Of a stretch of DNA of 64,000 bases, positions 1-12,849 are shown in pieces. Source of the DNA: Lama guanicoe (Eukaryota); the NCBI GenBank assembly GCA_013239625.1, contig MU055549.1, positions 992,001-1,056,000 of the forward strand. The letters run 5' to 3'. The position numbers and the translations under genes were made by a program. The notes under the pieces are model-generated. The model was not told where the DNA came from and did no database searches. It saw nothing but the letters and a program-made list of their open reading frames with translations. Within the stretch, counting starts at the first letter, position 1, and each line of letters begins with the position of its first letter.

Positions 1-132
1 TGCAGGTTGGAGACTCAGATGGGAGGAGGCCCTGGGCACCCACCCAGCAGCTCCATGCACCTGCTGAGACCTCGAGCTGGCCTCTAGGAGCTCCTCTTCC
101 CTCTGCGGAAGGATGGAAGCTCAGCACAGAGA

Positions 133-720
133 TGCCCGCAGCAAGGTTAGGGAGGGTGATCCCCTTCCTGAAGTATCAGTCTCGTGCCCCTGGGGCTCCA
201 GGGTAACAGCGAGTCCTGTGCGACCCCGCCGCTACTGGAGGGGCCAGGGCGCCACGCGACCAGTTCACAATGGAAAGGACTGACTTCCCCGAGAGAGAGC
301 GGGGCTCTCTGGCGCGCGCAGCCTAGCCGCTGTTAGGAGTGAGAGGTGGAGGCACCAAGCGGACTAGGGACCCCCGCCCAGCACAAGCTCTAGACTTTCC
401 CGAGCACCTGTGCGTCCCGCACGCAGCCCGGGACCCCGTCCCGCGACGCCCCCAGGGCCCAGCCTGTTTCAGTGACCTTGCCCCGGGCGCGGCCCGGCCC
501 GGCTCGGCCCCCTTGGCCCCTTTAGCTGGGCTCGCTGTGCTTGACTGGACACCGGAGACCCGCGGGCGGCCGGTTGTCCTGACGACCCGGACGCCACTGC
601 TTGCGGGCCCCGCCCCTCCGAGCCCGCAAGGGCCTGCCAGGCTCGGACATGCGCCGGGGTTGCCAGCCCTGGCGCCGCCGCGGACAGTGGGGCCGCCGCG
701 GCGCCGCTCGGCCTGGCCCT
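133..720 (+). repeat. 588-bp direct duplicate of 3865-4452, lying in PWWP2B intron 1
   Basis: Sequence from tgcccgcagcaaggttaggg to gcctggccct recurs at a constant offset of 3732. I see 4 mismatches (236-237 TG vs CA, 703, 710). Confidence 0.95.
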
Positions 721-3022
721 GCGAGAACCCGGGAACCTGCATGAATGCCCCCCGGGGACCAGTCTGCTCTCCCAGGCCCCAGGTCTACGCAGGCACTTGA
801 GGAGCGCTGATGCAGGAGTCACTGGCACACGCCTGGCTGCTGCATCGCGGGCACAGGGTGGCTGCGGCCTGCTGCCCGGAACAGACCTGGCACCAGCCCA
901 CTGCTGTGGGGCCCGTAGGCTCCCGGGGGTGTGCGGGCATGTGGGACCGGAGCTCCCAGCTGCTCTGGCCTGCCTGTCACTGCCCACACCCTCCACAGAC
1001 ACGTAGGGGCGGGGGCGCCCTGAGGAGAAACTGGCCCCAAGGAAGGCAGTGGGCTCCGGGTCCCCGAGGCCGGAGGCCGGATCCTCTCTGCCAGAAACAC
1101 CCGGGCTGGATGTAGGCTGCCTCTAAACCCTGCCCGGCCAGCCGGCTGTCAACTCGAGCACTGCAGCTCCTACTGTTTACAGTAGAGAACTGGGATCACG
1201 GCGAAGCTGATGGTGACCAGCAGGGGAGAGGCGAGGAGGGGCGGGAGAGGAGGCAGCTTCAGGGCCAGCCTCGGACAACTGGAGGAGCTGGGAGGGGCCA
1301 GGCTGATCCTCAGATTCTCTGCAGGGATGGGGGTGGGGGAGCAACACAAGTCAGAGAGAGGCGCTGCTGAGCAGAGCTGTGCCCACCGTGGCCCAGCTCC
1401 TGGTTCCGTGGGCGGCTCCGGTTACAGCCGAATGTGGCCGTGGCGGGGTTGACGCCCACGCGCCCCACAGCTGCCAGTTCCCCTGCTGGGATCCCAGCAG
1501 AGCCTGCTTCCCTCCACAAGGCCAAACCAGGTTATCCACAGGCCTCAGGAACCAGAGCCCCGGCTGGAGGCAGAGAGAAAGGGAGGGGAGTCTGCAGCCT
1601 CTGCAGACATCCCTAACCACAAGTCGGCCCCGGAGCCTCCCCTGTCCTGAGTCAGGGAGTCCAAATAACAGAGTGGGGACCCTCTCTTGCAAGTGTCCCT
1701 CTCTAGGGAGGAAGAGCCAGGCAGGGCCGAGCAGGCAAAGCTGGAGTGCAGCCCTGCACAGAGGCAGGAGCAGGAACAGGCCCAGGGTGGCAGCCCTGCC
1801 TGAGGGAGGAAGTGGTGCCATCAGTGACAGGGAACCTCAGCCACCCCAGGGCGCAGGCTGGGCAGCTTCCAGGTGGCTATGCGGCAGCCCTCGAGGATCA
1901 CTCAGTCCCACCAAGCACTCTCTGCAGTAGCCAGCACGGAGCAGGGCGACAGTCACCTGGGAGGCCATATGTTAAGTCACATGACTTGTACGTAAATGGC
2001 TCTGGCACAGTTAATGAAGAGATAATGCCAGAGGGGTGACTGTCAAAAGGTGGTGGTCCTCTTGCCACGTCCGTGCCATCAGCACAGAATCTGTGCTCCA
2101 CTGAGGGGAAAAGTTGGGCCTTTGCAAAGGGAGCCGTTTACTGCTCCGGGTGTGAAATAAGGCCCAGCCAGAGCCCAGAATATTAGTGCCTGATTAATGC
2201 CTCATCATTTATCTGGGCGACAGCTCACTACCATGTGACACTGTATCCAGGAGACTCCTTCCCGCTGCAGGACTCCCTGCAGCGGCGCACAGGTGCTCTC
2301 GGGGTGGATTTGCCCCAGGCCAGCCCGGGGACCCCTCCACCAGAGAAGCTGAGCTCCGGCAGGGCTCAGGGCTCTGCTCTGCAACTTGCCTCTTTTCATT
2401 CCTGCTGGACCAGGGACTCCTCGACCCGAAAGAGTGTTTTCAAACCCAGCCGCTGGACACAACTGCTTGCCACCAACCCAAACCTCAGCCCTGACTGGCT
2501 CCTGGGAGCCTGGGGGCCCCATTACATTAGGCATGGCACCCCCACTTGTGAGTAACTGACAGGGCAAGTGCGGCCGCACATCTGAACCCACTCCCCGCCC
2601 CCCCACTCCCAACGGATGACAATTCGGAAGACAGCCGAATTCAACAGTGCGTCTGAACAAAGAAAAGTGCGTTAATTATGGCAGACGTGCGGAGTTCGGG
2701 GAGCGGGGCTGCGCGGCGGTGGGCGCGGGCTCTCGGGCTCCACGCGCAGCGCCCAGGCTCCCGCTTGGCGCCCACCGCCGCTCCCCGCCCGGCGCCCAGT
2801 CCCCCTCCCGAAAAGTCGCGACGACTTTCAGAACCACTTTCGCCCCCCGAGTGGCGGCCGCGCTCGCGCACCCCGAAACCGTGGCCGGGGAAACCGAAAG
2901 CGGGCGCCGGCGCCGCGCCGCCCCGCCCTGGAGCCGGTCCCGGCGCTGGGCCAGCTTGGGGTGGGGGGGTCCCGAGGCGATTCCAGGGGTGTCCCGGGGC
3001 CCGCGCCCCCGCCCCCGCTCAC

Positions 3023-3147
3023 TTTTTCGTGCAGTCCAGCAGGATCCCTGCGAAGCTGCGCTCGCCACAGCTCACGGTGACCAGCAGCGCGCCGTTGACG
3101 ACCTGCTCCACCCGCACGGGCAGCCGGCAGCCGGCCCGCGGCTCCAT
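3023..3147 (-). CDS. PWWP2B: PWWP domain-containing protein 2B, coding exon 1 (125 nt; the remaining exons lie left of the window)
   Basis: ATG at 3147 gives MEPRAGCRLPVRVEQVVNGALLVTVSCGERSFAGILLDCTKK, matching the recalled PWWP2B N-terminus. Donor AA|GTGAGC at 3022. Position next to LRRC27 fits the synteny. Confidence 0.95.
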
Positions 3148-3218
3148 GCTCCGCGTCCCGGCCCGGCCCCCGCCCCGCGCCGGGTCAGCCCCGCGCGTGA
3201 CGCCGCCCGCCGGCCGCC

Positions 3219-3226
3219 TGACGTCA
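3219..3226. promoter_or_regulatory. Full palindromic CRE (TGACGTCA) 72 bp upstream of the PWWP2B ATG
   Basis: Exact motif inside the CpG island. Occupancy is not shown by sequence alone. Confidence 0.6.
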
Positions 3227-3864
3227 CAAAGCTCCGCTCGGGGCGGCCTCCGCGAGCGGGCCGGGGGCGCGGGGAGGGGCGCGCGGGGCACCCGCGCCCA
3301 CAGACGCGCGCCGGGCCGTGCGGCCTCCACACTCGGCGTGGAGACGCACTGCGGAGCCCCGCCGAGATGGGGCAGGATGGGGCAGGATGGGGCAGGGCTG
3401 CGCTCCACCCCCGGCGACGCGGGCCGCGAGCGCCCGCGGAAAGGACTGGAGAGCCGGCGCCGGAGGGCGGCGGGAGACCTGCCCCAGCCCCTGCTCTAGG
3501 GACCCTTCGCTCCCTGCCCCGGGCCCAGCTGGGGCGCCTGCCCCTCCCGGCCCCAGGGTGTCTTCCTTGCTCCCCTCCTGGTCCTGGCCCTGGCCCGGGC
3601 CCTTCCTCACTCCCCGTACCCCCGGGTTCCCCGCCTCCGGGTCTGGCGCCCGGGTAGCCACCCAGGCTCTGCGGGGAGGAAGTCCCAGCGGCGCGAGCAG
3701 GAAGCGGGCAGGCCGGGCCGAGGAGACGCAGGGCGCCGAGGAGACATCGGCGGCCACGCTGCAGCGGCCCAGTCTCGCCCTCGCTGCGTGGGGGGCATTT
3801 GGCGACACCCCCCCTGTGCTGGCACCTTCCTGGGTGACGACAGGGCGAGCGCCTGGTTCTGGGC

Positions 3865-4452
3865 TGCCCGCAGCAAGGTTAGGGAGGGTGATCCCCTTCC
3901 TGAAGTATCAGTCTCGTGCCCCTGGGGCTCCAGGGTAACAGCGAGTCCTGTGCGACCCCGCCGCTACCAGAGGGGCCAGGGCGCCACGCGACCAGTTCAC
4001 AATGGAAAGGACTGACTTCCCCGAGAGAGAGCGGGGCTCTCTGGCGCGCGCAGCCTAGCCGCTGTTAGGAGTGAGAGGTGGAGGCACCAAGCGGACTAGG
4101 GACCCCCGCCCAGCACAAGCTCTAGACTTTCCCGAGCACCTGTGCGTCCCGCACGCAGCCCGGGACCCCGTCCCGCGACGCCCCCAGGGCCCAGCCTGTT
4201 TCAGTGACCTTGCCCCGGGCGCGGCCCGGCCCGGCTCGGCCCCCTTGGCCCCTTTAGCTGGGCTCGCTGTGCTTGACTGGACACCGGAGACCCGCGGGCG
4301 GCCGGTTGTCCTGACGACCCGGACGCCACTGCTTGCGGGCCCCGCCCCTCCGAGCCCGCAAGGGCCTGCCAGGCTCGGACATGCGCCGGGGTTGCCAGCC
4401 CTGGCGCCGCCGCGGACAGTGGGGCCGCCGCGGCCCCGCTCTGCCTGGCCCT
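3865..4452 (+). repeat. Probable source copy of the 588-bp duplication (PWWP2B upstream CpG island)
   Basis: Near-identical to 133-720 and continuous with CpG-island sequence on both sides. Confidence 0.9.
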
Positions 4453-7149
4453 CCGGCGGCCGCGCGGCGCGGGGAGCCGGCCGAGAGCAGCCCGGGCGGA
4501 GCCAGGGGACCCGCGGGAACCTCGCGGCGCCCCACTGCCCCCCACTGTACAGGGCTGAGGATGGAGGCCCTGAGCAAGTCCGGCCACAGGCAGCCCTAGG
4601 GGAGGCCTGAGAGCGGAGCAAGCGCTTGTCCTTTGCAAGGCCTGGGTTCCAGCAGACACCAGCACTTCCCCGCGAAGTGGGGGATCCCCCCAGGAGGCCT
4701 CAGGCACCTGACACGACCACCTCTGCGGGGTCAGCCGGCCCCTCCCTGTGACTGCTGGACCCAGAGAGGCCTGACAGCTGCCTGCACCCCCAGGCCTTTG
4801 CAGCGTCCTCCTTCCAGAGCTGAGTGGGTCTGACTTTGGAGCAGAATGGCCAGGCAACAGGGACCCCTGCTGGCACTGGAATGGGGACTGGCCAGAGGCT
4901 GCCCACCTGCTCAGCACAGGTGCCAGCGTGCTCAAAATGCCTGCTGGGCACTGGGGACACAGGGAGCTGGGGGTCTGCGTTAGCTCTGAGCTGGTAAGGT
5001 ACCACGGGTGGGGGCGTGTCAGTATGGGCACAGGGGACTTTGTGTGGATGGGGGTGTCCAGAAAGAGTGCCCAGGAGGGCGATGCTTGAGCAAGCATGTG
5101 CCACAGAGGGAGAAGGGGCCCCACGAGGCCACTTGGGCTGCTCAAGTCTGTTAGCTGGGAAGGCTGGAGATGGGGACCCTGTGAAAGTTCCCTGGGGCTG
5201 AGGTGAGGAAGAGGGGCTGCCGGGGTAGCTCCCAGGTGTCAGCAGGAGGAGCAGTTTGGGGCGGGAAGACAGATGCTCCCGAGCATGTGCTGGGCTTCCG
5301 GAAGGGCTGTGGCGGGGGGTGGGGGCGGTGGGTAGTGGTGTGTGTTGTGGGGGCGTAAGGGGCATGGAGGGCCCAGGACCACCTTGCAGCTCCCCCAGCT
5401 GAGGTGGGTGTCAGTGCAGAGAGGACCCACCCTGCTGTGCGCCTAGTCCTTTTTAAAAACGCCAGCAGACTGGGATATCGGTTTGCATTTTAAGGGGTGG
5501 CTGTTTAGGACTTCAGCCAGCAAACCTGCCCCACTCCCACCTCCGTTCTTGTTTCTAGAAGGCCCTGGGATGTCCTTCAGAGGGGCTTCATCAGCCCGGG
5601 GTCCTGGGTGCTGACCCCACATGCTCCTCCTTCCTCCTGACCCAGTGTCCCCAGCTCTGTGGCCCCTCCAGGGCCATCCCTTTGCAGGCCGGTCGGTGAG
5701 GAGTGCCGAGCCCAGAGAGAGGAGTCCCCGACAGGCAGGGCCCTGAGCGGACAGCCTGAGGGGCTGGGCAGGGGCTTCCGAGTGGCCCCGACTGAGGGAA
5801 AGCCGGGCCAGGAGCCTTTCTCTCGATCCCGGACTTTGGCCCTGAAGCCCTCGCTTCCTGGCCGCTGGCACCACCGCCACTGGCAGGCCTGCCCAGCACC
5901 CAGCCCTTGGCCTGCTCTGCCCAGGGTGCCAGCAGACTGACAGATGGGCAGGTGGGCAGCGTGGCAGCACAGAGGGTGACAGGAGACTGTTCAGCACCTC
6001 ATTAGGGCTGAGCGGGTTACCGCAAGCTGGCAGGAGGGCAGCAGAGGTGCTCTGGGAAGTGACCGATTGTGCCCACCTCTGACCGAGGTCCTCGGCTGGG
6101 ACCTGGAGGAGCCCCAGGACTCACCCCATGGCAGCCTGTTCCCCACACTCTCTGATCTCCTGCTGGCCCCCATCACATCACCAGCCCTGCCCCTCCAGTC
6201 TTTTAGGGTAACTCCTCCAAGTCCCAGCTCAGTGTCCCTCTTGGCCATCATCCGTAGGAGAGCCTGCTGAGCCCCGCCCAGCGCCCAGCACATAATTATG
6301 CCTTTGTCATCCTCTCTGTCCCTCCCATGAGATGGGAGACTCCCTGGGGCCTCCCTAGGACCGGAAGGAGCGCAGCCATGGCTGCTGGCCTGTTCCAGGC
6401 TGCCTGGCAGTCGCCCCCGCCCTGGCCTGCCGCTGCTTCCCGTCCTGGCGCTCACCTGAGTGGCTGGCAGGTGGCTGTCTTGCAGCGCAGCCCCGCGCTC
6501 CCAAAGCCAGGTGCGCCTGAGATGGGACCGAGGTGTCTGATTGAAGGGGGCCTCGGGCCAGAGCCATGGGGCGGGAACCGTGGTTTCTCCAGAGCCAGTG
6601 CCCAGAGCACAAAGGTGTGAGAGCTGGAGTGGGCCCCGAGGCTTGGCCCAGGCCACCTTGTGGCATGTCTCGAGCCCAGGCAGTTGCTGGGAGGGAAAAG
6701 ATGAGAGCCTGGGTGAGGCCACTGGTGTCACTAAGCACCCTCTGCCATGTGCTAGCACCCGCCCTAGGTCCAGGGACAAGTGGGAGCACCTGCCGACCAG
6801 GCCTCCCTGAGGTGGTCAGTCTTGTCATCATCCCCGCCCCCCAGGCCTCTGGGAGGTCTTTGCGTGGCAAACACAGAGCCCAGGGAAGCTGGATCCTCCC
6901 CTGCCAGTCACAGATCCTGTTGGAAATATTTGTTCTCTTGTGCTCCAGCCTGGAAGCCCTGGGTCTGCAAGACTGACTTTGTTCTGTCTGACCACCCTGC
7001 AGGGGAAGGTCTGGACCCTTCACCCTGCCCTGTGGACTATGAGGGTGACGGTGGGGGTGACTGGAGAATTATAAGGGATGCCTGCCACATCTCACAGGCC
7101 TGGCTGGGAACAGAACCTGACAGGACTCCACTGGAGGTACTGCAGAGAG

Positions 7150-7335
7150 TTGGTTAAGAGCGTGGATTTGGCCAGACTGCTGGAGTCCTGCTGTGTGACC
7201 TTGGGGAGACCGCCTGAGTGCCTTGTGCCCCAGTGTCCTCATCTGAAAAGTGGGAACAATGAGAGTATCTACAACATAGGCTTGCAGGGGAGATGACATA
7301 TGATGTACTTAGCACAGCACTGTCCCCAGTAATGA
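7150..7335 (+). mobile_element. MIR SINE remnant
   Basis: gttaagagcgtggattt...ctgtgtgaccttggg...cagtgtcctcatctgaaaagtgggaacaat...cttagcacag resembles the MIR core. Confidence 0.75.
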
Positions 7336-7359
7336 CTCCATAAGAATTAATTACCTACT

Positions 7360-7467
7360 ATCATCCTCCTCACCATCTCCACTGTCATCATCCATCACCA
7401 TCATCACCATCCCACCACCACCACCACCACCAGCCACCATCACCACCACCACCACCACCACCATCCT
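7360..7467. repeat. Imperfect (CAC/CAT)n trinucleotide microsatellite
   Basis: catcaccatcatcaccatcccaccaccaccaccacc... is directly visible. Confidence 0.9.
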
Positions 7468-8577
7468 CCCCTATAGCTGGGCCATCTTCTGTGCAGCATG
7501 CCCCCAAAGTGGTGTTGAGCCTGGGCCCATGCAGATGCTGAAGGGCCCCGGGAGGGGGTCTGGTGCCTCCCAAAAAGCCTTCCCACAACCCCACCTGTCC
7601 TGTAACCTGTGCCCTTCTATGTCCTTGGCAGAGGAGCAAGGCAGCCCCACGAGCAGGGAGGCTCTCGGCAGTGGCCGTGAATCCCCACCAGACCCAGAAC
7701 CAGGAGGCCTTGCAGTTACAGGCATCCGAGCTACAACATTTTTAGGATGGGAATCTCTTCCCCAAAGGATTGCTGTAATTTAAAAACAGTGATGGGTGGC
7801 TCTTCTTTTTCTGACTCAGCTGGCTGTCTCTTCCTTAAGATAAGCCTCTTCTCCTTGATGGAAACCAGAGCATCGCAAGTCGGTGCTGGGTCCCTGAGAA
7901 ACCGTGAGCATTTGTGATGAGGCCCTGTGAGTCTTCTCAGGACTCTAAGGCACGGTCCCATCCCCCACTTGACCTGGTCTGCAGCTGGCCATTGACGTCC
8001 TAGTGTTGGGAAGAGGGGAAATCTACCCATGTTGATCCTTCTCGTTAAGAGTCTAAGATGGGGGATGGGCAGTGTCCTAGGAAGCCCCGTGTGAAGGGCA
8101 GCATGTGCAGTGGCCTGAGGTGCGTTCTTGTCTCAAGGCGGCGGCTCCCCATGGACACATGCCTTGGAAGCTGAGCCTTGCGGCTGTGAAGCACCTAGAA
8201 GCAGGTGCGGCCCCCTCCGTCACCAATGCCCCCTCGCCCGCTAGCCCATGCCGGGGTGAGGGGCTGGAGCCCAGTGCCTGGGACTCTCGAAAGCCTGCAG
8301 CCTGGGGCCTGGCTCTGCCACTGGAAGCGGCAGGCACTTGACATCTTTACATTTGTGACATGGAAGTTCTAGGGGGGACAGCTCTTCTCTGCTGGCTTTG
8401 GGCATAGGACGGCAGGGGAGGACAGCGGCAGGTGGAGTCACACAGGGCGTCTCTGGGACCATCCTCCCAGGCGAGGTCTCCTTTCCCAGCCTCCCGTCCC
8501 CAACCCCCCAGACAGACCCTTATCTTCTCACCAAGAGACGAGCAGGGGAAACCCGGACATGTCCAGCGCCACCTTGT

Positions 8578-8722
8578 GCCCAGGGGCCTGCTGGGATTCC
8601 CCTACCCCCCACACCTCCCTGACCTCACACAGCGCCCAGGGGCCTGCTGGGCTCCCCCTCCGCCCAGGGGCCTGCTGGGCTCCCCACCCCCACAACCGGC
8701 ACCTCCCTGACCTCACACAGCT
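8578..8722. repeat. Short minisatellite-like array
   Basis: gcccaggggcctgctggg occurs three times and cacctccctgacctcacacagc twice. Confidence 0.85.
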
Positions 8723-11700
8723 CCTGTGCGAGGTCACGTTACCCAACAACCTTGCCCAAGTCGCACTAAAGGTGGGGCTTCTGTTAGAGCATCGTGACAG
8801 CTCACAGGTAAACTGGGTCTGAGTTACCCCCACCTGCGGATACTTGAGGAAAACCTCTCCAAGCCTCAGAGGATGTTTTCTCCCCCTCTGGCCCCTGGGC
8901 CCCAAGCCCACCTCAGGGGCAGGCATGCTGGCCACGTCCAGAGGATTGGTGGGCGTGCGGTAGCTCAGGGGACCCGAGTCCGGGGAGCAGCCCCCGGGAT
9001 TCCTTCTCATCACACCCCCTGGAGCGTGCCCCGCTGAGCACAGGCTGGGGCAGCCCTCACCCAGTGCTGGCTGAGGCCCGGAGGACCCCAGGTCCCCCGA
9101 ACCCTAAGCCAGCACAAGACTGGGGGCCCCGGGATGGGATGGGAACTGGGATGGGGCAAGCACGGCAGTCCTCCACCCCCAGCATTAAAGGCCTAAAGTT
9201 GCTTCCGACCTTTTGGCCCCCACCCTGGGAAGGAACGGAGGCTGACGGTTTTATGCTACAGGGGGGCCACACCTCACCTCAGAGTCACCTGCGATCACCT
9301 GGGACTCCACCGCCACCCACAAGGCCCAGGGCCCACGTCGAAACCATGCCCCTGAGCTGTGTGTCCTGAGATGGCAAGGGGCCACAGCGGGGACTCCTAT
9401 GGACTGGACGGTGGCCGTGTGTGGCGGTCGATGGCCCAGCCACGGGCTGGAATGTTCACAGGCAGCCTGTGGGGAGAGAAGGGTCCTTGGCCACTGGCTG
9501 GGCCTGACCCTTCTGCCCTGGTAATCATTTCGGGCCCAGGACTCAGGAACCCAAGCTAGTGGACTCTGCACCAGGGCTTCCGCTCAGGACACAGGATGTG
9601 GTGTCTGGTCGAGGTGGGAAGATGCCCGCTGCTGAGGCCCTGCTCCTGCCTGCGGCCGGGCAGCTGCTGGGCCGTGGATGTGGAGGGCCCAGGCTGGCAT
9701 GTGGCCCCGCAGGGCTGTGTACCCAGTGGCGTCCTGCCCGAGGGATGCCCACTGTGACGTGCGTGGTGGACATACCTCCAGACCAGACACCCCCAGCACA
9801 GTCCTGCCCCCCAGGGGCTCCGGCTTTTGGGCTCTTCTTCCCTCCCTGCTGCCCAAGGCTGCTGGGCAGGAGCGCGATCTGGGCAGCCAGGTGTGGGAGG
9901 CACTCCCTCAGCAGTTAAGGACGGAGAGGGGACAGAGTTGGAGAGGGAGCAGGAAGGGGGACGGTCAGGTGACAGGGACGAAGGGTGTTCCCCCCGAACC
10001 GGATGCCCCAATTCCATCAGGGACAGAGCACCACCCCCCAGACACTCCCAATCTACCAGGGGAGCAGGGCTGCGCTAGGACAGGCCTCCACAGCGCACAC
10101 TCTCCGAGCAGGGGTCCAGGTGGGTCCCCCGTGCAAGCCCAGAGCAAGCGTGGAAGCAGAGGATCCTGTGCTGGCAGAATCAGGCGGCTGTCCCGCAGCC
10201 TGTCCTCGGGAGGAGCAATGAACTAACAGATGAGCCGCCTGAAGTCGGGTGCGTCCCGGGAAGACAGTCACTGCGGGGCTCCCACCCTCCACACCTACCT
10301 GCCCGCCTCCCCCAGTCAGATGGGGGCACCTCCAGGGACGGTGGGCTTTGGGTTCTCTGCCCCCTAACCCCCCCAAGAGAAATTACATGGCACTTCCTTC
10401 CTCAAGGCCAACTGCACTGGGGACCCAGGACGGATCTGGGGCGGCCGGGTGGCGGCTGGGCTGGGCCAGCCCTGCCTCCCTCCCACCAAGAGGCCCAGGA
10501 GCAGCTGAGGAGGCCGCCCGAGCCCCACGCCCGAGGCCCGGAAATGCCGGGAAGCAGGATGGGAGGCAGCACTTTCTGCAGGAGCCTGGGGGTGGGAGGG
10601 TGGAGAAAAGCCTGTGTCCACAGCACTGGCCCCAGTGGCATGGGGGCTGACTCACTGTCCACCGCTGGCGGCCAGACCTGACCCCAGCTAAGGGCCAACA
10701 AACATCCTGGGAGACCAACTGGACTCAAGGAGCCCGTGCCGGGGTGGGGGTGGGGCGCGGGAGGAGACCCAAGCCCTGCGCGCACCCACCAGACTCTCAG
10801 AGCTAAAAAGTGAAGGGTCCAGAAACTAACACAGCATTGTACATTAACCATACTTCGCTAAAAATTTAAAACATACGTAAAAAGTGGAGGGTCTTCCAGC
10901 AGAATTTCGGTAAATGAAATTGTGGGGAGGAGAGTCATGCTGAGATGGGGGTTAGAAATGCCGGACAAGATGTTTCTGGAAAAACTGTCTCAGAGTCGTG
11001 AGCAAGGAGAAGGAAATGAAGGGTGATGGCTTGGGAGCAGAGCCAGGAGGGCTGCAAACGAGCAGCGCAGGGTCCAGGAGACAGAGAGGGACATGAGGAG
11101 GGGGTGCTGCTCCTGGGAAGAGCAGGAAAGGCCGTTCCTGACCTGGGGGGACCATGCCCGCAGCCAGGGGGCTCCCTGACTTCCAGGCAGGGCTGGTGAC
11201 AGGGCCCCCCCCACCCCGTGAAGACCCCGTTGACACAAGCTTTGCCTCTGGAGAGCAGGGGCCAGAAGTCAGCGCCCTGCTGTCCATCCAGAGGCCAGAG
11301 GACCAGCCGCAGCCAATCCAGAGGCAGCCCCACATGGCCCTCGCCTGTCCAGGGCAGAGGCCTGGTCCACAGGGCACGCGCTCACATAAGGAGAGCACGT
11401 TCGAGGTGGGGAGGAGCCCCAGAGACAAGGGAAGTCGGGACAGATGACACTCCACCTCGAGATGGGACAACAGGATCAACCTGGACTGCTGTGTGTCCAC
11501 GCAGATGGCAGCCCAGCTGGGGATGTGGCCCTGACACGCCACATGAAGCGAGATGTGTGGGATGGGAGACTGCGACCGAGACTCCTGGGGGTCTCAGCAC
11601 AGCTGAGTGAGTCTGGGCTGCCCTGTGACTCGAGTCCACTCAGAGGACTTGGAGGGATGGGCTGTGTGAGTTTATGGCGGGAGCCTCCACAACGCATGTC

Positions 11701-12849
11701 TGGAGCCCTGGGCGGCCGTGGGAGAGAGCGAGGCACCTGCCCCGGACACTGCGTGGCGGGGCCACCAGCAGCGGGAAGAGACACCCTCCAGCAGCTGCGG
11801 GGCTCAGGGCTGGCGAGGGCGCCTCCCCAGAGCATGGCGAGATGGAACCAGCCCGCTAAACCCCACCAACCCAGGGCCACGGGAGACCACAACGTGTAAA
11901 CTTGCTGCTTAAGCCCCCGAGAGTCTGTCACACAGCCAGACAGCCGTCAGGGTCGGGGGAGTACAAGCGCGAGGCCTCCCTGGGGCAGCGAGGAAGATGT
12001 GGAGGAGGCGGGGAGGAAAACGCACATCTGATTTTCAAAAAGTAAGAGAAATGGTAAAGGGACTGCAGAGCCCAACAGAGTGGCGAGCACTCGGAACGAC
12101 AGATTAACAGGCCAAAAAGCAGAGCAGACAGCAACCCACACAACACGCATGCACCACGTGGGAGGGGAGTCACGTCGATCCGCCGCCACACTGCCTGCCG
12201 GTGCCGAGTCGTTCCTTTAGCTGTGTTTCATCTTTGACTTTCACCCATGGGCTGTTTCTAAGACTCATTCTTGGAGCAGAGTGATCTTTTTAAAAGGTTG
12301 AAACGAGTGGACTTTGAGTTCTGGGTGGGACCAGCGGCAGCCCCAGCTCCTGCAGCAGCTGGGAGGCGCCCACCATGGAAATCACAGAGGCCGCTGTGCC
12401 GAAGGTCCCTGGAGTGGGAGCGGAGGTCCATGCGCTTCCCTCCCGGGGCGCAGCCTGAGGTGGGGGTCCCCGGGCCCAGAGGGAGGGGCTGGAGCTGCTC
12501 CAGCTGCTGTTCACGTGCTGAGCAGCCTGGGGTGAGGGGCTGCCCTGGCGGGAGTGAAATCTCCTGCCATCACCCTCACCCTTGAGACAGAGACACCGGG
12601 AGCAGGGGGAGCCGGGCCCAGCTGAAGCTCCGAACCTGCCTGGAGGAGGAGGTGAAATCTCTACCTTGCTTGCCTGACGGGGGCGGGGCGGGGACCAAGG
12701 GACCCTCCTAGAGGAAAACAATGTTGTCTTCAGTCTCCACGGTTTCTTAAAAGGTTCATACTGTGTTTGGCACACAACAAAAAGTTATGAGGCAGCGTAA
12801 CACGTGATAGAAAAGAAGAGGAAAAGAAGAGCGAGATGTGTGGGATGGG

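Larger units (their letters stand above)
2670..4530. promoter_or_regulatory. CpG island / promoter of PWWP2B
   Basis: Very high GC and CpG density with many GGGCGG boxes around the PWWP2B start codon. Boundaries are approximate. Confidence 0.85.

Noticed and set aside
2647-3657. 336-aa and other long ORFs over the PWWP2B CpG island
   Set aside because: Arg/Pro/Gly/Ala-rich, open in several overlapping frames because of extreme GC, with no recognisable domain. The real coding part is the 125-nt minus-strand exon.
4201-6779. Long minus-strand ORFs (314, 221, 262 aa)
   Set aside because: Typical stop-poor GC-rich intergenic sequence with no family similarity I can recognise.
12290-12775. ORF containing RRFH, first considered as LRRC27 exon 10
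   Set aside because: It lies beyond the true last exon (15934-16080). A better exon 10 with a proper acceptor is at 21268-21384.
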